Shown here one piece after another: positions 26,023 through 39,039 of a stretch of DNA of 64,000 bases. Source of the stretch: Octopus vulgaris (Eukaryota). The notes beneath the pieces were generated by a model, which worked only from the letters and a program-made list of their open reading frames with translations, did not search any database and had not been told where the DNA came from. The stretch spans positions 27,590,001 through 27,654,000 of the forward strand of contig OX597823.1 in NCBI GenBank assembly GCA_951406725.2, given 5' to 3'. Numbering within the stretch: position 1 is the first letter of the stretch; every line of letters begins with the position of its first letter. Position numbers and translations under genes: made by a program.

Positions 26023-27435
26023 TCCAATAGACTTAAGAATAAATGTGCTCCTGACATGACCACCCTATCTTTTATCAGACAAACTATATCTAGCACTACA
26101 GCTTCTAATTTGTTCTTTTAACGAGATAGAATGAGATATGAAGGATATTTAACTGCTATTTCCAGAAAGGATGAAAGGTAGAGCTGGCCTCAATGTAATA
26201 GTGGTGGTGGTTTGAATGTAAAGACCCTATATAAATACCACAAGGTATTCTGTCTGCTGCTTAAACACTTCTATTAAGTCACTAACATAATTAGCTGTCA
26301 ATCATATTGTATAAACAAGTCCTTCTTCACTAGAATAACATGCACTGGAGCTGCCATCCTGCCCATTTTCTTTCCACAGACCCCACTATCAATACCCAAA
26401 ATTTGACACAAACAAAAACAAACAACTAATTTCACTCAATGCTTCCAGCATCCCAGGCTAGAAAGTGGGGTGGCTATGGGCTAGAACTGACAAGTGTAGA
26501 CAAAGAGGAGAGGTGATGGTGCAGTTAAAATGAAAACACCTATTGTAAATGCAAGGGGCCCTTAAGGGCTTGTAATTAACATTGATCCTATATTGTCATC
26601 TGGGTAGCCGAGAAACAAATCTCAACCCTACTCCAGATGATCTGTTACCTATTTCTGACAAACATATAATCTACGGCCATATAAAATGAAATATATTGGC
26701 CTAATTATGGAATGAAAGTAATGCAAGGAATTTGGTATCAAGTGCTACAAGCTGATTGTCCAACCTAGAGCCAGTCTCAATAACATGGTCAAAGATTGTC
26801 TTAAAAAGGTCTAGGAAATATTTCCACCTGACTGGCTCCCATGCTGGTGGCATGTAAATAGCACCATTCAAGTGTGGTCAATGCCAGTACCACCTGGCTT
26901 GATCCCATGCCGGTGGCACATAAAAAGCACCATTTGAGCATGGTTGATGCCAGTACTGCCCCACTGGCTCCCATGCCAGTGGCACATAAAAAGTACCATT
27001 TGAGTGTGATCAATGCCAGTACTGCCTCACTGGCTCCTATGCCAGTGGCATGTAAAAAGTATAATTCGAGTGTGATCAATACTATAGTGTTGCCCAACTG
27101 GTCTTCGTGCCAGTGGCACATAAAAAGCACCCACTACACTCTTGGAGTGGTTAGCATTAGGAAGGGCACTCAGCTGTAGAAAGCTTGCCAGATCAGATTG
27201 GAGCCTGGTGAAGCCTCCTGGCTGGCCAGTCATCGATGAAACCATTCAACCCATACCAGCATGGAAAGTGGACGTTAAACAATGATGATGATGATTAGTT
27301 ACAAATGCAAAGTGGATCTTACATTACAGCACTGTAACATGGTTACAGTTACAAACACAACATTCCAGATGTATACAGGGAGTACTGCTCATACATGTGT
27401 AACAGTGGCTACTGTTACACACCCAGACATTCTTT

Positions 27436-27476
<41 letters not shown>

Positions 27477-28284
27477 ATTACTGCTCACCTAGATACATTT
27501 GTGATGCAGATACATACACACATAAACACCCTACATTACATTCTCACCATCACCTAGATTTCAACTTGGCCTCAAAAGAGTTCAGTTTAGCAAAGACCGA
27601 ATCCTCAACATGCTATCATACAACCATTGACTCACTTGGACACTGTTTCTTCCCTTTGCCTCTTCTGTTATATCAACCACTGCTCCTTGGGAATTAGCAA
27701 GCTATGTTCTACCTCCATGTGTCCTACCCAATTCATTCACTCTTCCCTACTTTTTCTCACTCCTCAAACACAGTAATTATTATTATCCATCAGATTCAGG
27801 CAGTGAGCTGGCAAAATTGTTAGAACACCAGGCAAAATGCTTAGCAGGATCTCATCTGCTGCTACCTTCTGATTTTGCTTTTCGTCCTTTTGGGGTTAAT
27901 AAATTAAGTACCAGTCAAGTACTGGGGTCTATGTAATCGACTCAAATCCTCCACCACCAAAATTGCTGCTCTTGTGGTAAAATTTGAAACCATTATTATC
28001 CATCAGATCCACAGTTCTCTGGAATCCTCCTCCTTGTCTGCATGGGCATGAGCATGGTTGTGTGGTTAAGAAGACCACTTTGCAGCCATATGGTTTTGGG
28101 TTCAGTCCAGCGGTGCAGCATCTTGGTCAAGTGTCTTCTACTACATCCCCAGGCCAACACATGCCTTTCGAGAGAATTTGGTAGATGGAAACTGTCATGT
28201 GTGTGTGTTTGTACCCCACCCAACACCCGAGAAAAGTGTTGGCTTGTTTTATCATCTCATAAAAGACATCAGTAAAAGACATCT

Positions 28285-28465
28285 AGCTGGTTAACATCTG
28301 ATATATTGTGAGCAGGGGAATCGAACCCCTACCACTAGCTGGTTAACACTGCACAGCTGCATCTGATATATTGTGAGCAGGGGAATCGAACCCCTACCAC
28401 TAGCTGGTTAACACTGCACAGCTGCATCTGATATATTGTGAGCAGGGGAATCGAACCCCTACCAC
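28285..28465 (-). repeat. 65 bp tandem repeat containing a tRNA T-arm/B box
   Basis: Period 65 (28336, 28401), with a shortened first copy. The minus strand carries AGGGGTTCGATTCCCCT. Confidence 0.85.
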
Positions 28466-28819
28466 ATTCTAGTGACAGGACCAACACATAGTAATTCAAA
28501 CAACTACCATTATGGCAACTTATGGGTTCGGTAGGAGTTCAGTTTGCACTAACAGACTTGGTTCAGTGCACATTCGACGTGGAATTAACACACCGTCCCT
28601 TACAACTTCTCAACGACTCCTACCAACCTCTTGTCGTTACTCTTTATAACAGTTTGGCTAGTCCATTCTTCCAACCTCCCCCACACCCACAGGGTGTCAA
28701 TGACTCTTGCCACAACAGTTGCAGTCCAGTGGCTAAAACAAGTAAAAGGTTAAACAAACAACAAATGTCCAAGGTGAAAAGCTTCTCATCTAAGCCTCAA
28801 CCAATTCACACACACACAC

Positions 28820-29040
28820 ACACAATCAGTGACACAAGTGTCATGCAATCGGTGACACAAGTATCACACAATCAGTGACCACAAGTGTCACACAATCAGT
28901 GACACAAGAAGTATCACACAATCAGTGACACATGTATCACACAATCAGTGACACAAGTATCACACAGTGACCACAAGTGTCACACAATCAGTGACACAAG
29001 TGTTACACAACCGGTGACACAAGTATCACAGAATATGACA
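28820..29040. repeat. About 23 bp minisatellite (cacaatcagtgacacaagtrtca)n
   Basis: About nine imperfect copies are visible. Confidence 0.9.
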
Positions 29041-29523
29041 CTTGTTGAGATGTACATTACTCAGTTGGAATTCTTTTTTTTTTGTCTCATGTGATTTTTC
29101 ATTTTCTCTTTTATTTCCAGACAACAGAAAACCCCGTAACACGCATAGATCCTAACCAAGCACCATCCAAAACCGTCTTCTCTTCATCAATTGTAATAAA
29201 ATAACCAACGCTAATTACCCATAATTGACACTGAAACAGTGCAGCAGAAATGTCAGCCAGAGGTTATGCTTTCATTGCTGTCGCTATAAATATGTTGCTG
29301 AAATATTGGTCAGCATTGAAGACATCGAAAACAAAAGTGAAAACCTTGAAGAACAGAAAGCAATACCAGTCCTTGATTAGATCGGATTTTTTGTCAGATC
29401 TTAAAACTTTTTCAGGAGGGGATAAAGTCACCAAGATATGAGAAAGATCTGATGACACAGAGAAATAGTTAATATATATATTTAATATATATATGTCTGT
29501 CTATCTATCTATCTATCTATCTA

Positions 29524-29570
<47 letters not shown>

Positions 29571-29972
29571 TCACATACACACACACACAGCTTAACAGTT
29601 TATAAAAAGGAGAAAAAGTGAGAGAGAAAGACAGAGAGAAACCTTGATTCCATTTTTGCTTCTTTCTCTTTCTTCCTCCCTACACTTTTCTCTGCTGCCT
29701 CTTTCTTTCGTTCTCCCTCTCTACTCTTCTTCTTCTATCTCCCTATCTACTTTCTTTCTTTCTCTTGTCTCTCCCTCTCTACCCTTTCTCCCACTAACTA
29801 AATTCAGCCGACTCCTCATTCTTCCTCTCTGCTCATTCACACACACAAATACTTCACATACTATAACAACAGCTCTGATGTCTCTTACATTACAAACCAG
29901 TCGAAAGTATAAATAAGTAAAATAAATGCTTTTTTTTTCTTTTTTAAACTCCAGTGATAAATAGACTAAGTG

Positions 29973-30012
<40 letters not shown>

Positions 30013-30100
30013 TTATATATGGGAGTGGAGGTTACATATAAATGATTAGACAAACAAACAAAAAAAAAGCATATCAGAAAACAAACAAAAACATTTATAA

Positions 30101-30131
<31 letters not shown>

Positions 30132-30830
30132 AATTAATTATTGGCACAGGGCCTGAAATTTGTGGAGAAGGAGCAAGTCGATCACATCGACCCCAATACA
30201 TAACTGGTACTTATTTGATCGACCCTGACATGATGAAAGGTAAAGTCGGCCCCAGCGGAATTTGAGCTCAGAATGTAACTACAGATGAAATACCGCTAAG
30301 CATTTCATCCAGTGTGCTAACGATTCTGCCAGCTAAATTAGTACTTTCATTTGCCATTAGGACATAACCATACCTTCACCCTTATAGGAATTTTTCTTAT
30401 ATTTATTGATGATCTATAGATACATCATTATTAACGAGTTAAAAGTATTGATTGCTTACATAGGTACAGGGGTAAAATATTTCATTCATGCGAGGCTGTA
30501 ATTGGACAGTACAAATGCAAAAAAATATTTAAATATTTAAAACCTAAGGTAACAGGTAGTAACCCACTATCGACATAATTTCTATCAGGAATAAGACCGA
30601 ACCTGAACCAAACCAAAATAAGAATAAGAATAATAAACTGCTTTATTGGGGGAAAATTAGGATTTTGAGATTGGTTCTTGGGTGTTGAGTGTCTTCTGTG
30701 GTAAGTTTACATCCAAGTACCAAAGCTTCTAACTTGTAGAAAGAGGCCCTGTGCAACCTGTGACAACAGGTTGTTGTCTGCTCTCACAGAATCGACCAGA
30801 GTAAGTAAGACCGAAAACACTGGGAAGTAA

Positions 30831-30865
<35 letters not shown>

Positions 30866-31004
30866 AAATCAAAGGCATTTCTTTCATTTGTTTTCTTTAA
30901 GAAACTGCTTTTACTCACTTAATTGTTTTAAAATATAAAAAACGTGGGTGAAGGCCAGGATTGAACTTGAGTACTTATATAGACTGGAGCCAATATCAAA
31001 AGCC

Positions 31005-31547
31005 ATGAAGCAAAAAGGAAAAAACAACTGGAAAAGCACAAAGTTTAAATTTCCAGGACTGAACTTGATTTCCCCTCTGGAGATATTGGCTCATAGCAAT
31101 ATCAACTGCCGGAGATCAGGGCTGCACACGGCGCCATCAACCCGGGAGGGAAGTACAGTCAGTGGAGGTGAAGATGGAGCCAAAAGTAACACCACCACCA
31201 CCAACAACAACAACAACAACGACGCCACCAACAAACGTGACAGAGCCAACAGTCGGTCGAAGGTGGGACATATTGTTAAAAAGACTTCAACTCTGCAAGA
31301 TGAGTTGGCAATTGAGCGGAACAGTCAACGAAGTTCATTGAGCTGCATGGCTGCACAGCACCAATACTGCAGCATTGACAGTTTCTTACGTCTAAGAAGT
31401 TTCAGTGATGAGATAAATGTGGAAATGGAAAAGTTGAGTCATACAAGTCTACACAGCAGTTGTTCTGGTCAAAACACGGAGCACAGTTTTGTCAGTTTGG
31501 CCACCAGTCTCAGAAGTATTGAAAGCAGATTCTGGAAAATGCGAATG
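31005..31547 (+). CDS. Candidate coding exon of an unidentified gene (Ser/Asn-rich, probably disordered N-terminus)
   Basis: 181 codons open in non-repetitive, higher-GC sequence. AGCCATGA start context and a perfect donor ATG|GTAAGT after 31547. No recognisable domain. Confidence 0.55.
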
Positions 31548-33559
31548 GTAAGTCTGTATTTGGATTTTCATTGTGTTCTTATAACATTATATTGCTTTGT
31601 TAGAATCTCAGTTTATATCAGCAGTTTCACCAAGAGAGAAATCTCAACACATCAAATTAGCTCATGTATAAATTGCAATTGTGTAATTGCACCTCCCTAA
31701 TTTAGTGTTAAATCTTGGTACAAGGTTTGTCCCTTCAGAGTTTTAGCTTTACCTCAGATATAAGCCTTACCCGTGTTCCAGTTAAAATCAATTATAGAAT
31801 GTGACTTATACACAATACAGTTTATTACCAGCTGTGTAATACATAAAAATCTAGCCATACGGTCGCAGTTATTATTTATTTTCTCTTTTAGTGAGGAAGG
31901 CGACTAAAAAATGGTGGTGCCCATGATTCTCTAACAAGAAACCTAGGATGTAAATACATGCTCCGAAGGCATACTTGATGCTAGATGGGGTGGAGGGTAT
32001 TAAACCAAGGAGTAGATTAAGTCTACTACTCAAGTAAGATATGGTGAGATTTGAACTTAGAACATAAAGAGCAACAACAAATACTACAAGGTATCCAGTG
32101 AGGCCCTGAAAACAATACAGTCAATTCACAGTCTTAGATTGGTGGTTTCGTATTTACACCAAAGAGACGAAAGGTAAGGTTGGCCATGGTGGGATATGAA
32201 CTCAGAGTGCTGTCTTTGAACAAATACCACTAGGTATTTTATCTTTTCTAATCTAGGCACAAGGCCCGAAATTTGCGGGGAGGGGGACCAATCGATTAGA
32301 TCGACCCCAGTACAGAATTGGTACTTAATTTATCGACCCCGAAAGGATGAAAGGCAAAGTCGACCTCAGCAGAATTTGAACTCAGAATGTAAAGACAGAC
32401 AAAATACCACTAAGCATTTCGCTCAGCGTGCTAATGTTTCTACCAGGTCCTCTCGCCTTCCCCAGGTATTTTATCTGATGCACTAATGACTTTACCAATT
32501 TACCACAACCTTTATGATATGCTGCAAATTGATGCAGCATGTGCTCTGCCTATTAGCCTTTATTTGTTTCAGTCATTGGACTGTGGCCATACTGGAGTAT
32601 TGTCTTGAAGAGTTTAGTAGAACAAGTTGACCCCAGGACTTATTTTTATGTCTGGTACTCATTCTATTAGTCTTTGCCACTGAACTGCTAAGTTATAGGG
32701 ACATAAACAAACCAAGATTGATTGTCACTTGGTAGGGAGAGACAAACACAAACACACACACACATATATATACGATAGGGTTCCACATATATTTCATCTC
32801 CCAAATTCACTGACAAAGCAATGGCTAGAAGACACTTGCCCAAAACTGCCATGCAGTGGGACTTGAAAATGAAACCACATAGTTGCAAAGCAAGCTTCTT
32901 AACTACATGGCCATGCCTACACCTTTGTAGGACTTTTCCTAGATTGAATTTTTTTCCCCAAATGAAGGAAGAGGCAGAACCCTTAATGCTTTTCAGGGCC
33001 TTCCTCAAACTAGAGACCTGGCTTAAATACTTGCAACTGTGTAGATTCAACTAAAGGGGCCCAAGAATCAGGTGGCAATATTGATGTAGGCAACTGATTA
33101 AGTCTATTTGGTATAATCCTTTCTACTGGAAGCACAAGGCCTGAAAATTTGAGGGAGGGGACTAACCGATTACATCAACCCCAGTCTATAACTGGTACTT
33201 AATTTATCAACACTGAAAGGATGAAAGGCAAAGTCGACCTTGGTGGAATTTGAACTCAGCACGTACCAACGGGTGACATACCTGTAAGTATTTTGCCAGG
33301 CATGCTAATAATTCTGCCAGCTCACTGCCTTAAGTCTATTTGATATGATAATAAGTGTACCATGAAGATCAACAAACCCCTACATACATCTGCTTGACTA
33401 GGGTCCACTTGGGGCTCAATAGCAACAACATCAATACCATTGACAACACTACTCTTACAAACAACAACAGAGGTAAAACTGAATCAATGAGGAGACTTTT
33501 ATGTGGTCGCATGACCTGGTGACATGCCTCCAAGTTGTATCTCACCTCTCTAAAACTCT

Positions 33560-34060
33560 ACATTTAAGATTAAAACAGGTTTTCACATACTCTTTGGTTG
33601 ACGCAAATTTCTTCTGCTTGCGAGTTATCTTGTATCTCTACAAGGCCACCATTCAACCTTGCATTGAAAATTGCTGTCATCTTTGGTCTGACACTTTCTC
33701 TAAGTCTTGCTTAATCAAATTCAAAATCAAGTTGTTAAAATGGTGGGTTCTTTTCTTTCTACTAGGTCTTCAGCTTATTGTCAAAATGTATCTATGTTGT
33801 ATCATTCTATGAATATTCACATGGTTTTGCTCTGATGAACTTTCTGGTCTAGTAACCTCTGTCATCTTTAAACATGTCGCCTGCTTTTCTTCCCAGATAC
33901 GTCATTTCTCTGTTGAGCTTCTTGTTTGTCATAAGTCCTTTTATTCCAATAGCTTCTTTCCTCAAACTGCCGCTCTCTGGAACAAAGTGCTATCATCTTG
34001 TGTTCTTCTGGTCTACGATGTTCAGTTGTTTAAGCCTCCTTTCAATCACCATCTCTTAAA
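33560..34060 (+). mobile_element. Degenerate LINE RT C-terminal fragment
   Basis: LYLYKATIQPCIENCCHLWS resembles the LYK..IRP..EYC..IW motif of CR1/Jockey-group LINEs. Confidence 0.6.
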
Positions 34061-35245
34061 TTTATAAGCCCTTTATTTTTCTTCTTTGTAGCTCTCTTAT
34101 ATCCTTGGGGTTTGGATATAGACTACGCTGTAACATTGTTATAACACTACAAAAACTAAATCCATAACAAGCACGTAACAAACTTCTCTTCTCAATGACT
34201 GCCTTCACAAATGCAACTGCACACACCACACTGTTTGTCATACTGTCGGTACACATGCACCTTTACAAGATTTAGAACAGTTCACTTGCTATCCCACAGG
34301 GGTGTCAGGATTTCACCACAATAAGTTCCTTACACTGCAGTAGCATCAAGCCTTGTTTGAGACAAAATTGTTCAAAAAAAAAAAAAGGCAGGGGGACATA
34401 ACCAGTGGCCATTAATGTCCATAGCAGAATTCACTCCACTACAAGACTTCAAGCCAGATCTCTAGTTCCCCTCTTTCTCCCATCAGTTTTGAAGGACCCC
34501 CAAAAAATGGACATATACAATCCTTCCCTTTCCAATTATAACATTAAAAAACAAGAACAATCCAAGAGTCTATCTACTATATTTGGTATTTCAGATTGAA
34601 ACATTTCACTCATGGTCAAAGTATGTCATTAGAATTTAACATAAACAACTATACGGAATATTCAGTTTTGTCGAATATAATATTCAATTCAAGAATAAAA
34701 AATGCTATTGAAAGCTAATTTGAATAGTTAACTGTTCCAGAATATAAATATTCTATGAAGTTGTCTAATGTTGTTTGAAATACCAAACTGAATATTAGCA
34801 TAACTGGATATAGTGTGAGAGGAGAGGAGAGAGAGAGAGAGAGAGAGATAGGGGGAGGATAGAGATGGAGTAGAGAGAGATAGAGAGAGGAGAAAAAGAT
34901 AGAGAAAAGGAAAGAAAGATGGATGGGGAAAGACAGATACATGCAGGGACAGCGCTGCCAAGCATTATGCTATTCTTATCAAATAAGCAGTTTCTGTTTT
35001 GTCCTCAGCATTTATGGAATTATGACAGATTTTTATAGAAGTTGATGTCATATGTTTTTGTTTATTTCACTGATCCAAGAATGGATGATGCTGGCAGGAG
35101 AGACAGAACGACGGAGAAATGGGAAGAAGAAGTGGTAAAGGGTGATTACAGGAGTCTGAGTCTTGCAAAAGAGATGACCAATGGAGTGAGCAAACACACA
35201 CACACACACACACAAATATATACTATTTCTGTTCTACATAAATGC

Positions 35246-35301
<56 letters not shown>

Positions 35302-35517
35302 TACACCATGTCTATTCTAAATACATATACATGTATATGTGTGTATGTGTGTGTTTATATATGTGTGTGTGTGTTTATGTGTGTGTGTGTGAATATATAT
35401 GTTAATATATAGTTGAAAAATATCGTTACAGGTATAAATATACCATAAACAAGTATAAAAAAATGGAGGAGAAAAAGATGTTGAATCAGAATTAGATCTA
35501 ATACAAAATAGGATTCA

Positions 35518-35604
35518 ATACATACGCACATTTCAATGGACAATGCAAATATGTAAGAAAAAAAATTATAATTAAATTTATGCATTGTCATTCTCATCAG
35601 TGTG
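35518..35604 (-). ncRNA. Degenerate HHR with long stem II
   Basis: ACA-CTGATGA-gaatGACAATGCA...TGCATTGTCcatt-GAAAT gtgc GTA-TGT, consistent with CpG decay of GAAAC gcgc GTA. Confidence 0.5.
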
Positions 35605-35984
35605 GCATGGAATGTTAATATACATACATTATACATACAAATTATGGGGGTTTAGTTCACAGGTGATCTAAACAATCAGGTACACTAGGTAAGTGCTGTA
35701 ACAGATTACTAGGGCTCCAAGATTATAGCCAAGGCGGTAGTTATGGAGCCATTGCAGATTTCCGATGAGACAGATATATGATTGTTAAAGAGGACAGCAA
35801 ATGTTAAGGCAAGGCAAACATCTCAAGTCTTATATATTATTATTATTGGAAAAAATTCTGAGATATCCCAGAAACTGCTGTAAGACTTTGAATCGTTTTC
35901 TAATAATAATAATGTATATGATTTGATATGTTTGCCTTGCCTTAACATTTGCTGTCCTCTTTAACAATTATACATTTTTATGTT

Positions 35985-36605
35985 TATTTATTTATTTTAT
36001 CTAGTTTCAGCTCACGAGCTGTGGCCATGCTGGAGCACCGCCATTCGGTATTGCTACATGATTTTACTTCACGAATGCATTTTAGCAATTGCCATTTGGT
36101 TCATGAGAGAGTTCGGTGCAGCTGCCCTCATCTGCCCCTCCTGCCGTGAAGTTGGTTCATCTGGGACACCTGGCAGGAAGAGATCCAGTTTTATTTTAAA
36201 GACATCTGTATCCACCCCATGCAGGTCTCTCAGGTCCTTCGGGAGGATATTGAAGAGCTGTGGATCTCTGAAGCCCAGGCTATCACAGTATCTTGTCCTA
36301 CATCTTGATGGCAAATTTGGAGTCCTTGGCACTATGCAGTGGCACCCAGTTCTAGTATTTGTGTAACTCTCGATGCCAAAGTTTGGGACAAGTCCTTCCA
36401 GGATCTTCCAGATGTATATTATGGCATATCTTTCTCGCCTACGCTCTAAGGAATAGAGTCTTAATCTCTTGAGTCTTTCCCAGTAGCTTATATGCTGCAC
36501 AGAGGCTATCTTCATCATGTAGCTTCGTTGGATCACCTCAAGTTCTGTGATTAACTTGACACTGGATGGTGACCATAGCTGAGAGCAATAGTCAAAGTGG
36601 CTTAG
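35985..36605 (-). mobile_element. CR1-superfamily LINE 3' end (RT C-terminus, 3'UTR and tail)
   Basis: YWERLKRLRLYSLERRRERYAIIYIWKILEGLVPN...FKIKLDLFL, then aatggcggtgctccagcatggccacagctc..gagctgaaactag and an A-rich (ATAA) tail. Confidence 0.85.
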
Positions 36606-36839
36606 GACTTAGAACATTATATATATATATATATCTTTATATACATTATATGTGTGTGGTGTGTATGTATGCACACACACACACACACACACATAGGACA
36701 CTTAAATATTCTCAGACGCTGTCTTCCCCTCAGTGTCATTCAACATGGCTTCGTACTGAATTTTCTTCCATCCAACAGGTTGAATCCCTCAACAGCTCAT
36801 ACATGAACCCTTCTACATGGCCCCGGCAAAAGTGCTTTT

Positions 36840-37760
36840 CATGTGACACTGGCACAGGAAGCTTGCAGGTCAATCCTCTTCACCAGGGTGAGCTGCCTTG
36901 ATGCATTTGCTGTAGAGGATCAGTCTACTTAAGCACAGCAAGGTGCCACATACCTCAGTCCTTTGTCATCTCTTCCTTAAGGGTCAGTGTCATGAGGTTG
37001 TCCTTCAGTACTTTGTCGCATGTCTTCCTGGGTCCCCCTCTTCCATCAGTTCCATCCACTCTGAGCGATCAACACTTCTTCATGGAACTGTCGATATCTA
37101 TCCACATCACATGACTAAACCAGCACAGTCTCCTTTCTTGCACACTGCATCTAATTCCTCTTCTGCCTAACTTTTCTCTCAACATACAAGCACTTTACAT
37201 TATTTACATTTAACAGATATTTGTCCTCATCTTCTTTATTGTTAACACAACGTTTTGGCTGATATATCCTCCAGCCTTCATCAGGTGTCTTGCGGAAATT
37301 TCATACCTGGATTCTCATTCCTAAGATACTAGATTTATAAGCCCTAAAATTCACACCAGGCATATGGCGTGGTGGTTAAGAGCACGGGCTACTAACCCCC
37401 AAGATTCCAAGTTCTATTCCAGGCAGTGACCTGAATAATAATAACAACAATAATAATAACATTGAAAAATACCTCAGGAATGAGAACCTAGGATCAAATA
37501 TAAATAATGTAAATAATTTCTCATCTCTTAAAATATAGAACTGTATACAAGCACTTTGTTGCACACGTACATTTACATTCCACATCTAGCTTCATTCCTC
37601 TCAAACCTTCACATGTCCCCTGCATTCATAGCCTGTGTCTCATGAAGAATTGCATCATACACTCTTCCTTTCACTGAGAGAGAGAGAGACACCTTTGGTT
37701 GCCAACAGCTCGCTGAATTTTTCTCCATCCTGTTCTATACATCTGCCTCTTTACCCGGCC
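36840..37760 (-). mobile_element. Degenerate RTE-like LINE fragment, host of an HHR-SINE
   Basis: Minus translation ..DGRGGPRKTCDKVLKDNL.. resembles the RTE GRGRPRKTW motif. Confidence 0.5.
37197..37544. mobile_element. Second tRNA-headed HHR-SINE, inverted arrangement, 13 bp TSD
   Basis: TSD atacaagcacttt at 37184-37196 and 37545-37557. A box tggcgtggtgg at 37365-37375 and B-box-like gttctattcc at 37411-37420. Minus-strand HHR at ~37244-37290 with GAAAC changed to AAAAC. Confidence 0.8.
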
Positions 37761-39039
37761 ATTTTCAAGAAATTGAAGCACACATTAGGCAATGAAGTTC
37801 TAGAATGTGGCTGATCATAATAAGCCTATTGGATCAGGACTGACTTGGAACGGAAGCAAGGACCAGGCTCTGAATATTACACCTCCACTTCCATTCCCCC
37901 AGACAGAGAATGGAAAGAAAGAAAAAGTAAAAGTACATAAAGCAACAACAAACTGAGATTAAAGTCCTGCACTATTGATCATGCGGTCATGAGTTCAATA
38001 ACAACTGAAGCCATTTTACTGTTCCACTGTACAAAGTACCAAATTTCATTTGCTCCAGTTTGCATGACTGAAAAAAAAAAAAAAAAAAAGCAAAAAAAAA
38101 ATTTGGGGGGGGAATATATCAGTTTCTTATTCCTACTTCACAGTTCAGTGGCCAATATTAAGAGAGACATCCTCCTCCTCCCCACCACCACCACCACCAT
38201 TGTCATTATCATCAACAAGCTACAAAAACAAATACCCCCACCATCAACAATCCAATGACAATGACTTAACGAACAGATAAGGAAGTGGTTATTAACACTT
38301 CACTGATTGATAACATAAAACCTCAAGGACATTTCGTTGAGAAACTGTCATTTGAGATAAACAAGTAATTAAGACGATATAGCTTTCTAATTTTAGCTTT
38401 AATATTGGTTTCAAATTCTGGCACAAGGCCAACAATTTTATGGGAGGTGGGTACATTGATTACATTGACCCCAGTGCTTAACTAGTACTTATTTTATCAA
38501 ATATGAAAGGATGAAAGGCAAAATCAATCTCAGGAGAATTTGAACTCAGAACATAAAAGTAGATTTGTGTGATGTGGAAAATATTCCATCAATATTGCAC
38601 CCAAGACTTGGCCACCATGCTATCCCCCCACAATAAAAATCAAACTCAAGACACATAACAATATTACGAAACAACTACTTTACCTCAACCGGTTCAGCTC
38701 TTTTTAATATTATACGAAAATACATCAAAACAGAAACAGATCCCATAAAATTTAAAAGTTCTCTGGACATGTTTCTCCAAAAACATCCTAGACCAACCTC
38801 CTACATTCAGATATGTCTCCAACAATAATACCTGTTTGCTAGCGTGGGCCATGGTGTCCCATATATGACTGAAGTGTGAATCACGATCTAAAAGACTACA
38901 CCAGGTGGAGCTATTAAGTTAGACATGGCCTGGACCTATACTGGCCAAAACCTATCTATCTGAGAATGCAGCATTTCGCCTGGTGGGTTAAAGATTCTGC
39001 CAGCTTGCCACCTTAGTTTTAACTTTAATATTATCCACT

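Noticed and set aside
28285-29040. CRISPR-like repeat-spacer pattern
   Set aside because: The units are contiguous tandem copies without variable spacers.
29121-29458. Coding exon after the strong acceptor at 29120, or short ORFs 29250-29441 and 29264-29458
   Set aside because: The first frame closes within 28 codons and the ORFs have no recognisable homology; it may be UTR.
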